The notes: generated by a model not told the origin, from the sequence alone. Shown: positions 1 to 10,014, counted from the first letter of the stretch. The stretch: 64,000 bases of DNA from an uncultured Bdellovibrionales bacterium (GCA_964534945.1 CAZHSB010000001.1:25527-89526), one strand, 5' to 3'. Numbers and translations: made by a program.

Positions 1-1
1 T

Positions 2-1003
2 ATCTCTCTAAGTAAATCAATCTTCTTTTTTGGCTTTATCGTTTCTATTGTTGGACTTTTTATATCTATTTACTTAAGCCCTTGGGGAAATAGAAAATTA
101 TCAACAGTACTATATGAAATTGCTAGATCTAAAAGTACAGCTGGACTTGATGAGGCGATGTTTAATAAACTAGGAAAACTTACTGTGTATGCAGAAAATA
201 TAAATCATACGACAGGAAATTTAAAACATGTAATTATTCAAGACGATAGATCAGAGCAAAAAAAGTTTGTGATATCATCATCGGGACAAATTATTTCAGA
301 TGATGCAAATCAACGAATAGTTATAAAATTACAAAATGGAGATATACATGAACAAGACAAAAAGAATTATGATATCACCCACTTTGATACAAATAGAATT
401 GTCTTAAGCGCGGATCAAATATATGATCCCGATGCAAAAATCCAAGGAAGAGAAAGCAAAAAAATGTCTTTGGAAGAGTTAGAAAAACAAAAAGAAGAAT
501 ATTTAAAATCATTTGCATTATTCAAAAAAACTGCTGATGTACAAGATTTTAAAATTGAAGAAGAAACGATGATCCCCCTACTCCCTGAGGTCGAAGTCAT
601 AGATGAAGAAATTCCTCTAAAAGAGTTAACAAAGAGAATCGCAAGATTGGATCTCGAGTCGGGAAAAAGATTTTCTATGCCGCTTGCATGTTTAATTTTA
701 GCGCTTGTAGCAATGCCCCTTGGAATTCAACCACCAAGGGCACAAAAAGCTTGGGGCGCAGGACTTTCATCAATAATCGGACTTTTGGTATTTATAACTT
801 ATTTTGGTATTTTATCCATTGGAATGGCAATCGCAGAAAAGGGTTCGATGAATCCTTATGTAGCACTTTGGATGCCCAATATTATTATGGGGGCCTTTAC
901 TGCAATATTATTAGAAAAGATGAACTCAGAAAAATGGCAATCAACAGCTCATTTTATAGAATCAGTTGGAACATTTTTTAAAAAAATCAAAAAGGAAAAA
1001 TAA
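2..1003 (+). CDS. lptF: LPS export ABC permease LptF (YjgP/YjgQ family), 5' end lies outside the window
   Basis: Open frame runs from the window edge into the 158..1003 ORF. Multi-TM permease with YjgP/YjgQ-like features, directly followed by a paralogous permease (lptF-lptG pair arrangement). Confidence 0.7.
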   Translation: MSLSKSIFFFGFIVSIVGLFISIYLSPWGNRKLSTVLYEIARSKSTAGLDEAMFNKLGKLTVYAENINHTTGNLKHVIIQDDRSEQKKFVISSSGQIISDDANQRIVIKLQNGDIHEQDKKNYDITHFDTNRIVLSADQIYDPDAKIQGRESKKMSLEELEKQKEEYLKSFALFKKTADVQDFKIEEETMIPLLPEVEVIDEEIPLKELTKRIARLDLESGKRFSMPLACLILALVAMPLGIQPPRAQKAWGAGLSSIIGLLVFITYFGILSIGMAIAEKGSMNPYVALWMPNIIMGAFTAILLEKMNSEKWQSTAHFIESVGTFFKKIKKEK

Positions 1004-1014
1004 ATTTTTAGTTT

Positions 1015-2118
1015 ATGAAAATTATACATAAATATTTATTAAAACATTTTTTAAAAACGCTTGGGCTTATGCTGGCGGCTTTGACAACTTTATTTTTGCT
1101 TTTTGATTTTTTTGAAAAAATTGATAAATTTTCTTCCGCAACAGATCCTGTTGTTTCAACATTATCTTATTTCATTTTCAAGATTCCCTATATGGTAAGT
1201 ATTATGCTTCCTCTTTCAATTCTTTTTTCAGCAATGATTTCTATTGGGCTACTAGCAAAAAATTCTGAGCTTACCGCTATGAGAGCTAGTGGATTAAAAT
1301 TATTTTGGCTTATGAAGCCAATTTTTTTTACAACTTTTTTATTATCAATTTTTTCATTATTTTTAAACGAAACACTAGTTCCCTGGACAACATCTCAATC
1401 ACGAGAAATTTATAATATTGACGTGAGGAAAAAAGATAAAACAGGTGGATATAGTCAAGAAAACTTATGGTGGAGAAATAAGAATGAAATTTATTCTGCA
1501 GATTTTTTTGATTCAAGAACAAAGCGATTAAACAATATTTCTAAATATATCATAAATGATGATTTTAAAGTTTTAAAAAGAATTGATGCAGAAAAAGCAG
1601 AATGGATAAATCCATCATTAAAATGGTCAATGGATAATGTAAAAGAATATACTTTTATTGAAACTCCACAAAAAACTTATGATTTCAAATTATCAAAGTA
1701 CAAATCGATTCCGATGCTTATTGATGAAACACCTGAAGATTTTTATAAAGCCAAGAAAGATCCTTTTTCCATGAGTTATTTCGAATTGCGAAATTTTATG
1801 GATAATCAAGAAAAAACTGGTTTGTCCATAAAAGGCTTTGAAGCTGATTTATATTCAAAGATTTCTTTTCCTTTTGTTTGCCTAGTTATTTGTGCAATCG
1901 CAATTCCGTTTGCGCTAAAGCCTGCAAGATCTGGAAGCCTTGCAAATAGTATATTGGCAGGATTCACAATTGGTTTTATATATTTTGCGGTACATTCCCT
2001 AAGTGTCGCAATGGGACGAGCGGAGCTTTTTCCAACGATGCTTTCTGCTTGGATTGCAAATATTTTAATGGGATTAATAGCCATTATCTTAAATATTGGC
2101 GCAGAAGATCCTTCGTAA
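1015..2118 (+). CDS. lptG: LPS export ABC permease LptG (YjgP/YjgQ family)
   Basis: 367 aa. N-terminal TM helices, large periplasmic loop and C-terminal TM helices, as typical of LptF/LptG. Sits 12 bp after the lptF-like gene. Confidence 0.7.
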   Translation: MKIIHKYLLKHFLKTLGLMLAALTTLFLLFDFFEKIDKFSSATDPVVSTLSYFIFKIPYMVSIMLPLSILFSAMISIGLLAKNSELTAMRASGLKLFWLMKPIFFTTFLLSIFSLFLNETLVPWTTSQSREIYNIDVRKKDKTGGYSQENLWWRNKNEIYSADFFDSRTKRLNNISKYIINDDFKVLKRIDAEKAEWINPSLKWSMDNVKEYTFIETPQKTYDFKLSKYKSIPMLIDETPEDFYKAKKDPFSMSYFELRNFMDNQEKTGLSIKGFEADLYSKISFPFVCLVICAIAIPFALKPARSGSLANSILAGFTIGFIYFAVHSLSVAMGRAELFPTMLSAWIANILMGLIAIILNIGAEDPS

Positions 2119-2123
2119 AAGTA

Positions 2124-4343
2124 TCATTTAGCTATATTTCCCCTTATAGTTCCTCTTACACCTGACTGACTTACTGGTAAAGTAATAATGAATTTTGCTC
2201 CTCGTGGTTTATTATCAAAAGTTCGAATTCTTCCCCTATGATCTGATATGACAGATGTTACAATTGCCAACCCCAATCCTGTCCCAGAAGCTTTTGTCGT
2301 AAAATATGGTTCGAAAATCCGTGTTTTGTCGATGTCCGTAATCCCAGGACCATTATCAGCAACTTCTATCGAAAATGATTTTTTCTTCTTTAAATAATAT
2401 AGTTTTAAAAAAATTTGAGGATCTTCTACCTTCGCATTCCTTAAAGCCTGCATAGCATTTTCAAATAAATTTAAAAACACCAATCTCATTTGTCCTGTAT
2501 CTATAGAAACCTCCAATTCATCTTCATCAAAAACCGATGAAAAATTTATATCTTCATTATTTTCAGAAAACGATGTGATAACATCTTTTAGAAAAGATAT
2601 TATATCCGTTTTCTCAAATGATGATGTCGGCATTCTAGCAAAATTGGAAAATTCATCTATCAATCTTTTTATAATATCTACTTGATCAACTATCATTTGA
2701 GATGATTCGTTATAAAGTTCAGGAAGGTTATTTTGCCTCGCACTTCTTTGAATCCTTTGAGCAGAAAGTTTTATTGGAGTAAGTGGATTTTTTATTTCAT
2801 GTGCTATACGCCTTGCCACTTCTCGCCATGCAGCCATTTTTTGCGCATGAGATAAATCTGTAATATCATCAAAAATCAAAACACTCCCTAATGTATCCCC
2901 AGAGCTATCTATAATTACCCCTGCAGTACAAACTAATTGGTACTCCCTACCTTCTATTCTGATTGTAAATTCCAAATCTGCCATTCCAGTATTAAATTCA
3001 TCAAATATTAAAGATGAATCATTCAACAGCCCCTCTAATTTTATAGCAATAGCCTTATCAAAAATATCATGTAATGATTGTTTGCCTGCATGTTCACCAC
3101 TTGGAATATTAAAAATATCAGAAGCAGCAGAGTTAACGGCAACTAATTTTTTATCCTTATTTAAGGTTATAACTCCCACTGCCAAATTGGATAAAACAGT
3201 TTCCATAAAAAGTCTATGACGTTCCGTCTCATTCTTTGATTGTTTCAAATCAGAGATCATTGTGTTAAATGAACGGCTCAAGTACGAAAGCTCATCATCT
3301 CCCACAACCTTGATAACATAGTCATAATCTCCTAAGGCTACAGCTTTCGTCGCATTTGCTAATTTTTCAATAGGAACAGTTATGTCTTTCGCAATGTAAA
3401 ATGCAATCCATATTGCTCCAAATAAAATTAGCATTGTTATCATCGCCAACGTCAAAAGATAACCTGATCTCATTGGGTTTTTATGAAACATTAAGTTTTC
3501 ATACGTTTTATAAGAATCTTCAATTTGAATTAACGATTTGTTGATTACGCTATCGACATAACCTGTAAGAATCAGAGTCAATTTCTCTTGATTAATTATC
3601 AATGGATAATAAAGCCTTATAAGTTGATTTTCCTGCATCGCCTTAAAAACGACTTTAGATTTTCCTTTTCTATTGACCTCTCTCAATGATTCACTGTTTA
3701 ATGACATATTACATTTAGAAATTTCATCTTGCACATTTACAATTTTTTCGCCTACCTCATTAATAATTGCGATGTTACAAATAAAATATCTATTTCTTTC
3801 ATCATTTAGTGATTTTTCTAGATTTTTTTTGTTTTTTAATCCAATTGATAAAATGGTCTTATCTAAAATTTTTGCTATCTTTTTATATCTTCTTTCAACT
3901 AATTTATAATAATTCTTGGCGACATCATCTGCTCCAGAAATTGCCTCTAAAACATTTTTAGAAAATATTTCTTCCATTGAACGCGTTAGCATTCCACTAG
4001 CTAATATGAAAATAATTACTGTCGGAACTAACGTTAATCCAACAAATGCAAAGATTAGCTTTCCTTTTAATTTTGAACCTAATATATTACGTTTTCTATC
4101 AAAAACTAACTTTATTATATTTCTGGCGACTAAAAATATGAAAACAAATAAAAGGGCAATATTAAGATTTATAAGAATGAAGAAAGTAAGGTTACTTGTG
4201 AAATTTTCAATTTCAAATTCAGGAGGACGTTGCCAATAAATTATTAAAGCCAACAAAGATGCGACAAGTACAAAAATTGCCAACCTTAAAGGCATTTCAA
4301 CTCGTTCCCACCAAACAGCTATCTTTAATCTTTTAGTAACCAT
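2124..4343 (-). CDS. NtrY-like sensor histidine kinase (N-terminal TM region, HAMP, PAS, HisKA, HATPase_c)
   Basis: 739 aa. H-box AHEIKNPLTPI, and an N/G-box region with DNGPGI and GTGLGLAIV motifs. Polytopic N-terminus. No cognate response regulator is adjacent. Confidence 0.7.
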   Translation of the reverse strand: MVTKRLKIAVWWERVEMPLRLAIFVLVASLLALIIYWQRPPEFEIENFTSNLTFFILINLNIALLFVFIFLVARNIIKLVFDRKRNILGSKLKGKLIFAFVGLTLVPTVIIFILASGMLTRSMEEIFSKNVLEAISGADDVAKNYYKLVERRYKKIAKILDKTILSIGLKNKKNLEKSLNDERNRYFICNIAIINEVGEKIVNVQDEISKCNMSLNSESLREVNRKGKSKVVFKAMQENQLIRLYYPLIINQEKLTLILTGYVDSVINKSLIQIEDSYKTYENLMFHKNPMRSGYLLTLAMITMLILFGAIWIAFYIAKDITVPIEKLANATKAVALGDYDYVIKVVGDDELSYLSRSFNTMISDLKQSKNETERHRLFMETVLSNLAVGVITLNKDKKLVAVNSAASDIFNIPSGEHAGKQSLHDIFDKAIAIKLEGLLNDSSLIFDEFNTGMADLEFTIRIEGREYQLVCTAGVIIDSSGDTLGSVLIFDDITDLSHAQKMAAWREVARRIAHEIKNPLTPIKLSAQRIQRSARQNNLPELYNESSQMIVDQVDIIKRLIDEFSNFARMPTSSFEKTDIISFLKDVITSFSENNEDINFSSVFDEDELEVSIDTGQMRLVFLNLFENAMQALRNAKVEDPQIFLKLYYLKKKKSFSIEVADNGPGITDIDKTRIFEPYFTTKASGTGLGLAIVTSVISDHRGRIRTFDNKPRGAKFIITLPVSQSGVRGTIRGNIAK

Positions 4344-4352
4344 AAAATTTAT

Positions 4353-5429
4353 TTAAATAAAAGACGCTTGACCATTATACTCTAAACCAAGATGATTATA
4401 TCCTTTTTCGGTAACCACTCTTCCACGCTTTGTCCTTGCTAAGAACCCCTCCTGCAACAGGTAAGGTTCATACACATCTTCTATAGTGTCTTTTTCTTCT
4501 CCAATAGCAGAAGAAATTGTATCAATACCGACAGGACCACCAGAAAATTTATCAATAATTGTCCTTAGAATTAATCTATCCATATCATCAAGTCCCAATG
4601 AATCAATTTGAAGAAAGTCGAGCGATTCTTTTGAGATCATTTTACCAATTGAATCACAATCCTTTGTCTGCGCATAATCTCTAACTCTTTTTAACAACTT
4701 ATTTGCGATTCTCGGAGTTCCACGAGAACGTTTGGCGATTTCTAGTGCCCCATCATCATCGATTTGAAGATTTAAAATCTTTGCTGATCTTAAAATTATT
4801 TTCTTTAATTCTTCAACCTCATAAAAATCAAGCCTTAAGACAAGCCCAAAACGATCTCGAAGCGGTGATGTTAAAAGCCCCGTCCTTGTTGTGGCACCAA
4901 TAAGAGTAAAAGGTTTTAAATCAATTTTTATTGATTTTGCGGCAGGACCATTTCCTATCATTATGTCTATTTCAAAATCTTCCATTGCAGGATATAAAAC
5001 TTCTTCTACGACTCTAGGCATTCTATGAATTTCATCTATAAACAAAATATCCCTAGGATTAAGTGTTGTTAAGATAGCCGCCAAATCTCCTGGCTTTTCT
5101 ATCACAGGACCAGAAGTTGCCTTAAAACCGACTCCAAGTTCTCCCGCTATTAATCTTGCCATTGAAGTTTTGCCAAGCCCAGGAGGTCCATGAAATAAAA
5201 TATGATCAAGAACATCTCCTCTTTTCAAAGTGGCACTGCAAGCAATTTTTACAGCCTCTTTAACCCTTTCCTGCCCTATATAATCCAAAAAAGCATTTGG
5301 CCTTAATGATTTTATTTCTATTCCATCTTGAGATTCAGAATCTTCATTTGCAAGAAGTGAAAGCCCTGTCCAGCATTGCATATCTTCATTATTTGGAACG
5401 ATTGTTTTTCTTGTATGATCTACGGGCAT
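4353..5429 (-). CDS. ruvB: Holliday junction branch migration helicase RuvB
   Basis: Walker [17 protein letters not shown]-terminal [13 protein letters not shown] motif and full-length RuvB-like architecture. The true start is possibly an internal Met (MQCWTG...). Confidence 0.9.
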   Translation of the reverse strand: MPVDHTRKTIVPNNEDMQCWTGLSLLANEDSESQDGIEIKSLRPNAFLDYIGQERVKEAVKIACSATLKRGDVLDHILFHGPPGLGKTSMARLIAGELGVGFKATSGPVIEKPGDLAAILTTLNPRDILFIDEIHRMPRVVEEVLYPAMEDFEIDIMIGNGPAAKSIKIDLKPFTLIGATTRTGLLTSPLRDRFGLVLRLDFYEVEELKKIILRSAKILNLQIDDDGALEIAKRSRGTPRIANKLLKRVRDYAQTKDCDSIGKMISKESLDFLQIDSLGLDDMDRLILRTIIDKFSGGPVGIDTISSAIGEEKDTIEDVYEPYLLQEGFLARTKRGRVVTEKGYNHLGLEYNGQASFI

Positions 5430-5551
5430 TAAGAACTCTTTTTATTATTTTTATCGTGTTTCATTATAGTTAATCCAACGTAGATTGCAAAGAGGAAAAC
5501 TATCTAAAAAAAATAAAAAAAATAGACAAAATCCCTTTTGGCATTTATTTA

Positions 5552-6781
5552 TTATTTTCCAAAAATCTTTTTTGATTCTATTATTGCATCGACTAGCGCA
5601 TCGATATCTTCCTTATCACTATACACTCCAAAGCTAATTCGACATGTAGCATCTATATTTAATGAGTTTAAAAGTGGCATGGCACAATGGAAACCCGACC
5701 GAATCTGCACCCCAAAAGAATCTGCAATACTTGAAAAATCATGTGGATGAACGTTATCAATATTAAATGAAATAACTGATGATTTATTTTTCCCTGTACG
5801 TTCAGAGTAAATAGTTAATTCATCTAATTTATAAAGTTCTTCTATAGCATAAAGAAAAATACTCTTTTCATGCTCTTTAATTGATTCAAGACCTATTTTT
5901 TCAACAAAATCTATTGCCGTGCCTAACGCTATTGCCTCACCAATTGCAGGCGTTCCTGCCTCAAATTTGTGTGGAGCTTTTGCATACGTTGCATATTCTT
6001 TAGTAACAGTTTCTATCATTTCTCCGCCGCCTTGAAATGGTTGCATCTTTTCTAAAAGATGTTCTTTCCCATACAAAACGCCAATTCCCGTTGGGCCATA
6101 AATTTTATGTCCGCTAAAGCATAAAAAATCTGGATCTATTTTTTGTATATCAATTTTAAAATGCGAAACAAACTGAGCGGCATCAAGCAATGTTAATGCC
6201 CCACATTCTTTTGCAGTCTTTATAATTTCTTCTATAGGGAAAATCGTACCAAGTACATTTGACAGCATCGTCATCGCAACTAATTTAGGAGAATACTTTT
6301 TTATTTTTTTTAAATAATCATCTAAATCAAAATTATACTTATCATCTAAATTTACAAATATTAACTTTAAATTTTTTCTTTTGGCAAGCATTTGCCAAGG
6401 GATTAAATTGCTGTGGTGTTCTGCTATAGAAAGGAGTATTACATCTCCTTCTTGAAAATAATTTTCAAGAGCATAAGAAACTAAATTTATCGATTCTGTA
6501 GTTCCCCTAGTAAAAACAACTGAATTTTTAGTTTTAGCATTAATAAATTTCGAAACTTTTTCCCGTGAATCTTCGTAATATTTTGTAGCAATAGCACTCA
6601 AATCGTAAGCACCTCGTTGAATATTTGAATATTCTTTTGAATAAAAATCTAAAAGCCTTTTGATAACGCACGTTGGTTTTTGCGTACTTGCTGCAGAATC
6701 TAAAAAAGAAAGTCGTTTAGAAAAATTATCAAAAATTGGAAAATCTTTTCTTATCGCATTGCCTAACATTCTCATATTCAC
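5552..6781 (-). CDS. Cysteine desulfurase, class V aminotransferase (SufS/CsdA-like)
   Basis: 409 aa PLP-dependent enzyme with SufS-like N-terminus (FPIF...LDSAASTQKP), internal CFSGHKIYGPTGIG motif and C-terminal RSGFHCAMP motif. Confidence 0.8.
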   Translation of the reverse strand: MNMRMLGNAIRKDFPIFDNFSKRLSFLDSAASTQKPTCVIKRLLDFYSKEYSNIQRGAYDLSAIATKYYEDSREKVSKFINAKTKNSVVFTRGTTESINLVSYALENYFQEGDVILLSIAEHHSNLIPWQMLAKRKNLKLIFVNLDDKYNFDLDDYLKKIKKYSPKLVAMTMLSNVLGTIFPIEEIIKTAKECGALTLLDAAQFVSHFKIDIQKIDPDFLCFSGHKIYGPTGIGVLYGKEHLLEKMQPFQGGGEMIETVTKEYATYAKAPHKFEAGTPAIGEAIALGTAIDFVEKIGLESIKEHEKSIFLYAIEELYKLDELTIYSERTGKNKSSVISFNIDNVHPHDFSSIADSFGVQIRSGFHCAMPLLNSLNIDATCRISFGVYSDKEDIDALVDAIIESKKIFGK

Positions 6782-6872
6782 CTAAGTTAAATTATTAATC
6801 TATTGTCTTTAAATTTTTATTCTGTTAAAATTTTAACGTTTGTTTTAAAGGTTTATTTTATATTATATTTTC

Positions 6873-7808
6873 ATGAATTACTATAAAACTATAAATAATA
6901 GTTTGGTTGAAAAAAAAGGATATTTGTGCGCCATATTAGGGCTAGTTGTTATTTTCATATGTTGGATTTCCCTTGATTTGTCGTCTAATTATTACAAGAC
7001 ATCTATTAGTTTTGAGCTTTTAAAAGATGCATTAAATGAAAAACAACATGATAGAGCCACTGAGATAAGTGTTTCTCATTTAGATCCTAGTTTTAGCATA
7101 AAAATAATGAAAAGAATTTTTCCATCTTATTCAAATTTGCATTATTCCCTTCCAGCTACTTACCACTATAAAATATTTGGAATAGAAAGTCTTATTGATA
7201 AAAATGATTTAAACGGAGCAAAGGATAATTTAAAAATAGTAAAAAAAGCATTAAAAAGTTATGGATTTTTAGAAAACACTACCGTGCTAGGATCTCTTGA
7301 AACTATCGAAAAGCAAATAAAAACATTGCAATTAGAAAACAAAAATTTCTCTGAATATAAAACTTATTTAGAAGATTTAGAAGCAAAGAAAATACGAATA
7401 TTAAGACGTCATTCATTATTAGCAGATGAGTTTGGAATATTTTTATCATTAAGCCCAAATTATAAAAAAGGCACAGAGCTAAAAACATATTCAAAAGGTG
7501 TGCTTTATGGACTTCCTGTTTTGAAAGATTTACAAGATGACATTTCATCGCTTCCGATATTAAAAGAGGAGTTAGATAAGATTGGCGGAGAAGTTAATAT
7601 CGAAGCACAAAACGCTTATGAAGTTTTTGCAGGTCGTGTTTTATCAATACGAGAAGCAAGTAAAAAAATGAGAAAAAATTTTGATGAAGTAACTTCAAAT
7701 ATAAAACTTACAAAAAACGAAAAATCTGCCACAAAAAAATCAATTGAAGCTTTAAAAAAATCACTTAACACTAATATAGAGAAATTAATATTATCAATAA
7801 ATAGCTGA
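6873..7808 (+). CDS. Hypothetical membrane-anchored coiled-coil protein
   Basis: 311 aa with one N-terminal TM helix followed by a K/E-rich, predicted coiled-coil region. No recognisable family. Confidence 0.45.
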   Translation: MNYYKTINNSLVEKKGYLCAILGLVVIFICWISLDLSSNYYKTSISFELLKDALNEKQHDRATEISVSHLDPSFSIKIMKRIFPSYSNLHYSLPATYHYKIFGIESLIDKNDLNGAKDNLKIVKKALKSYGFLENTTVLGSLETIEKQIKTLQLENKNFSEYKTYLEDLEAKKIRILRRHSLLADEFGIFLSLSPNYKKGTELKTYSKGVLYGLPVLKDLQDDISSLPILKEELDKIGGEVNIEAQNAYEVFAGRVLSIREASKKMRKNFDEVTSNIKLTKNEKSATKKSIEALKKSLNTNIEKLILSINS

Positions 7809-8316
7809 TATTATTGCATTTTGTTTAGAGGTGTAATTTCCATAGAATATTGTTTTAGGTTTTTATATTTTTTTTATTCAAATGCATTTTTTTCTTGCAC
7901 TTCGCCTTTTTTTTGATTATAAGTAATAACAATGGTTTTTGAGTCCTTTTTGGTTTTGTTTTTTTTAGTCAGAAAGTTGCGAGTTCAGACTGGCTTAAGA
8001 TGTGTGTTTTTAAACTGATTTTTGAGAAGTTTTCATAGTTAGTAAGCCTGTGTGGATTCGCTATTTAATGTTTTTAGTAAAGTTCTTTACTATTAGGTTC
8101 AATATATATCTTGCCTTTAAGTTGACTATAAGTGATTTTAGAAAAGATATATCAAGGATTACATTTCATTAAATATATATATGTTGTTACTATTGTAAGA
8201 GGTATTTTTGCAAGATAAGGGTTGTTCACGCTTTTGAAGGTACTTTTTAAGGATACTTTTACAATGATAGCATTTGTTTGCTTTAAATTTTTATTTTTTA
8301 TTAAAAAGGAAATTAT

Positions 8317-8607
8317 ATGAAAGGCTGGTCAAATTCTGAGATCCCATCACAAAATCAATATCTTCCAGAAAAAAAGCTTTTAGCTGCCGTATTACAAAGA
8401 GCAATCACTGATTTTGTAAGCGGAGAAGGAGATTTAAAAGAGACTGCTAAAATTTGGATATTAGGAGAAGATCTTGAAACTCCTCTTACCTTTTCTTTTA
8501 TTTGTGAAGCATTAGATCTTGATATGCAAACACTTCAACATGCAATCATTTCTCAAGGAGATTGCGAGCATTCAAATTTAAATAGCATAAAAGAGATCGC
8601 TATTTAA
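8317..8607 (+). CDS. Small hypothetical protein, paralog of 43022..43330 (unassigned family)
   Basis: ATG with AAAGGA RBS 6 nt upstream. Shares the motif L..A.L.RA..D...G.D..KE...FSF..IC..LDLD....AI with the 102-aa ORF at 43022. Confidence 0.55.
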   Translation: MKGWSNSEIPSQNQYLPEKKLLAAVLQRAITDFVSGEGDLKETAKIWILGEDLETPLTFSFICEALDLDMQTLQHAIISQGDCEHSNLNSIKEIAI

Positions 8608-8626
8608 TTTTCTTTTTTATCAAAAA

Positions 8627-8685
8627 TATATAAATTCTAGCAGGGAAAAACAGTTTTCTTGTCATTTTTTGCTAGAATTTATATA
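8627..8685 (+). terminator. Perfect 16-bp inverted repeat hairpin (TATATAAATTCTAGCA / TGCTAGAATTTATATA, 27-nt loop); terminator-like or regulatory
   Basis: Read directly from the sequence. Lies between the 8317..8607 gene and yacG. Confidence 0.45.
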
Positions 8686-8701
8686 TTTTAAGAACTTTTG
8701 T

Positions 8702-8902
8702 ATGAAGTGTCCACATTGTAAAAAAAAGATTATAGAAAGTTGTATTGAAGATTTATCTTGTTTGCCATTTTGTTCAAAACGTTGCAAATTGTTGGACTTG
8801 GGGGCATGGGCAAATGAAGAGTATGTTATTTCATCGTCTGTTGATGAAACATCTATATCGTTAAATGAGACAAACCCCACACAACTTAAGAAAGAAGATT
8901 AA
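8702..8902 (+). CDS. yacG: DNA gyrase inhibitor YacG (zinc-binding)
   Basis: CPHCKK...PFCSKRCKLLDLGAWANEEY matches the YacG CxxC...FCSxRCxxIDLGxW signature. Start taken at the ATG at 8702; the upstream M in the ORF track corresponds to a TTG. Confidence 0.6.
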   Translation: MKCPHCKKKIIESCIEDLSCLPFCSKRCKLLDLGAWANEEYVISSSVDETSISLNETNPTQLKKED

Positions 8903-8952
8903 TGTTTTTGTAATTTTATTTTCCTTATAGAAAAATTTATTAAAGGCTCCTT

Positions 8953-10014
8953 TTAACTATTCTTAATTTTTTCTATTATCATGCTTGCATCTAATAAATC
9001 TTTTGCAATGTAATCTGGAGTAGCATCATATATTCCATCTTCTCCTGCATTCCCAGTTTTTACTATTATGCTTTTTAAATTAGCATTATTTGCCGTCTGA
9101 GTATCTGTTGTACTGTCTCCTATCAAAAAAGATTTTTCCATATCTACATTCAAATCCTTACAAGCCTGTTCGATCATTCCAATATTTGGTTTTCTCCATG
9201 TAGAGTTGTCAGATTTTGAATGAGGGGAAAAATAAATTTTGTTAATTAATATTTTTTCTGCACTCATTTGCTTCATCATTTCTTTATTTACAGCATAAAA
9301 ATCTTCTTTTGTATAATATCCAAGCCCAATACCCGCTTGATTTGTAACAATTATCAATCTAAAACCTAATTTCATAAAATTTTTTAACCCCTCGACGGCG
9401 TTCGGTAAAAGCTCTACGCTACTAGGATCACTAATGTATCCATTATCTTTAATGATGGTTCCGTCCCTATCTAAAAAAATCGCAGGCACTTTTTCATATT
9501 TTATTGTTTTATCATATGAGCAAAAATTCTGCATTCCATAGAGATCTAATATCTTATTTATAATTTCCGTTGTGGAAATATTTTGGACTACAGGAATAAG
9601 CTCAACTCTTCCACCATAGCTTTCTACAATAGGAGCAGAAGAAAGTTTACTTTTTGAATAATCTCCCGCTTTTATATAAATATTTGGCTTTAAAAGCGAA
9701 ATGTTCTCATTATTATTTAATTCTTCAAAATTAAATACAAAATCAACACATTCAAGCGCAGCTACCAAACCAGTTCTTGCTTCGCAAGAAATAATTGGCC
9801 TTCTAGGATCCTTATATTCTTTTATTGAATCATCAGAATTAATACCTACTATAAGATAATCACAAAATCCTTTAGCATCTTTTAAATATGATACATGACC
9901 AAAATGCAAAATATCAAAGGCACCCGAAGTAAAGCCTACAACTTTTCCGCTATCTTTCGCTTCTTTTACAAAATTAATGAGCCATTCTCTTGTTTTTATT
10001 TTATTTTTATCCAA
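8953..10014 (-). CDS. Fusion of D-beta-D-heptose-1-phosphate adenylyltransferase (HldE domain II / RfaE-II) with D,D-heptose-1,7-bisphosphate phosphatase (GmhB)
   Basis: N-terminal cytidylyltransferase motif GFTSGAFDILHFGHVSYL. C-terminal HAD phosphatase motifs FLDRDGTI and IVTNQAGIG. No kinase domain. Confidence 0.7.
   Translation of the reverse strand: MDKNKIKTREWLINFVKEAKDSGKVVGFTSGAFDILHFGHVSYLKDAKGFCDYLIVGINSDDSIKEYKDPRRPIISCEARTGLVAALECVDFVFNFEELNNNENISLLKPNIYIKAGDYSKSKLSSAPIVESYGGRVELIPVVQNISTTEIINKILDLYGMQNFCSYDKTIKYEKVPAIFLDRDGTIIKDNGYISDPSSVELLPNAVEGLKNFMKLGFRLIIVTNQAGIGLGYYTKEDFYAVNKEMMKQMSAEKILINKIYFSPHSKSDNSTWRKPNIGMIEQACKDLNVDMEKSFLIGDSTTDTQTANNANLKSIIVKTGNAGEDGIYDATPDYIAKDLLDASMIIEKIKNS

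Noticed and set aside
3916-4239. 107-aa ORF antisense within the NtrY-like kinase gene
   Set aside because: It lies entirely inside a well-supported CDS on the other strand and has no RBS.
8669-8701. Upstream extension of yacG given in the ORF track (MLEFIYFKNFC...)
   Set aside because: The track's start corresponds to a TTG located inside the 16-bp hairpin arm. The ATG at 8702 (MKCPHCKK) gives a canonical-length YacG.
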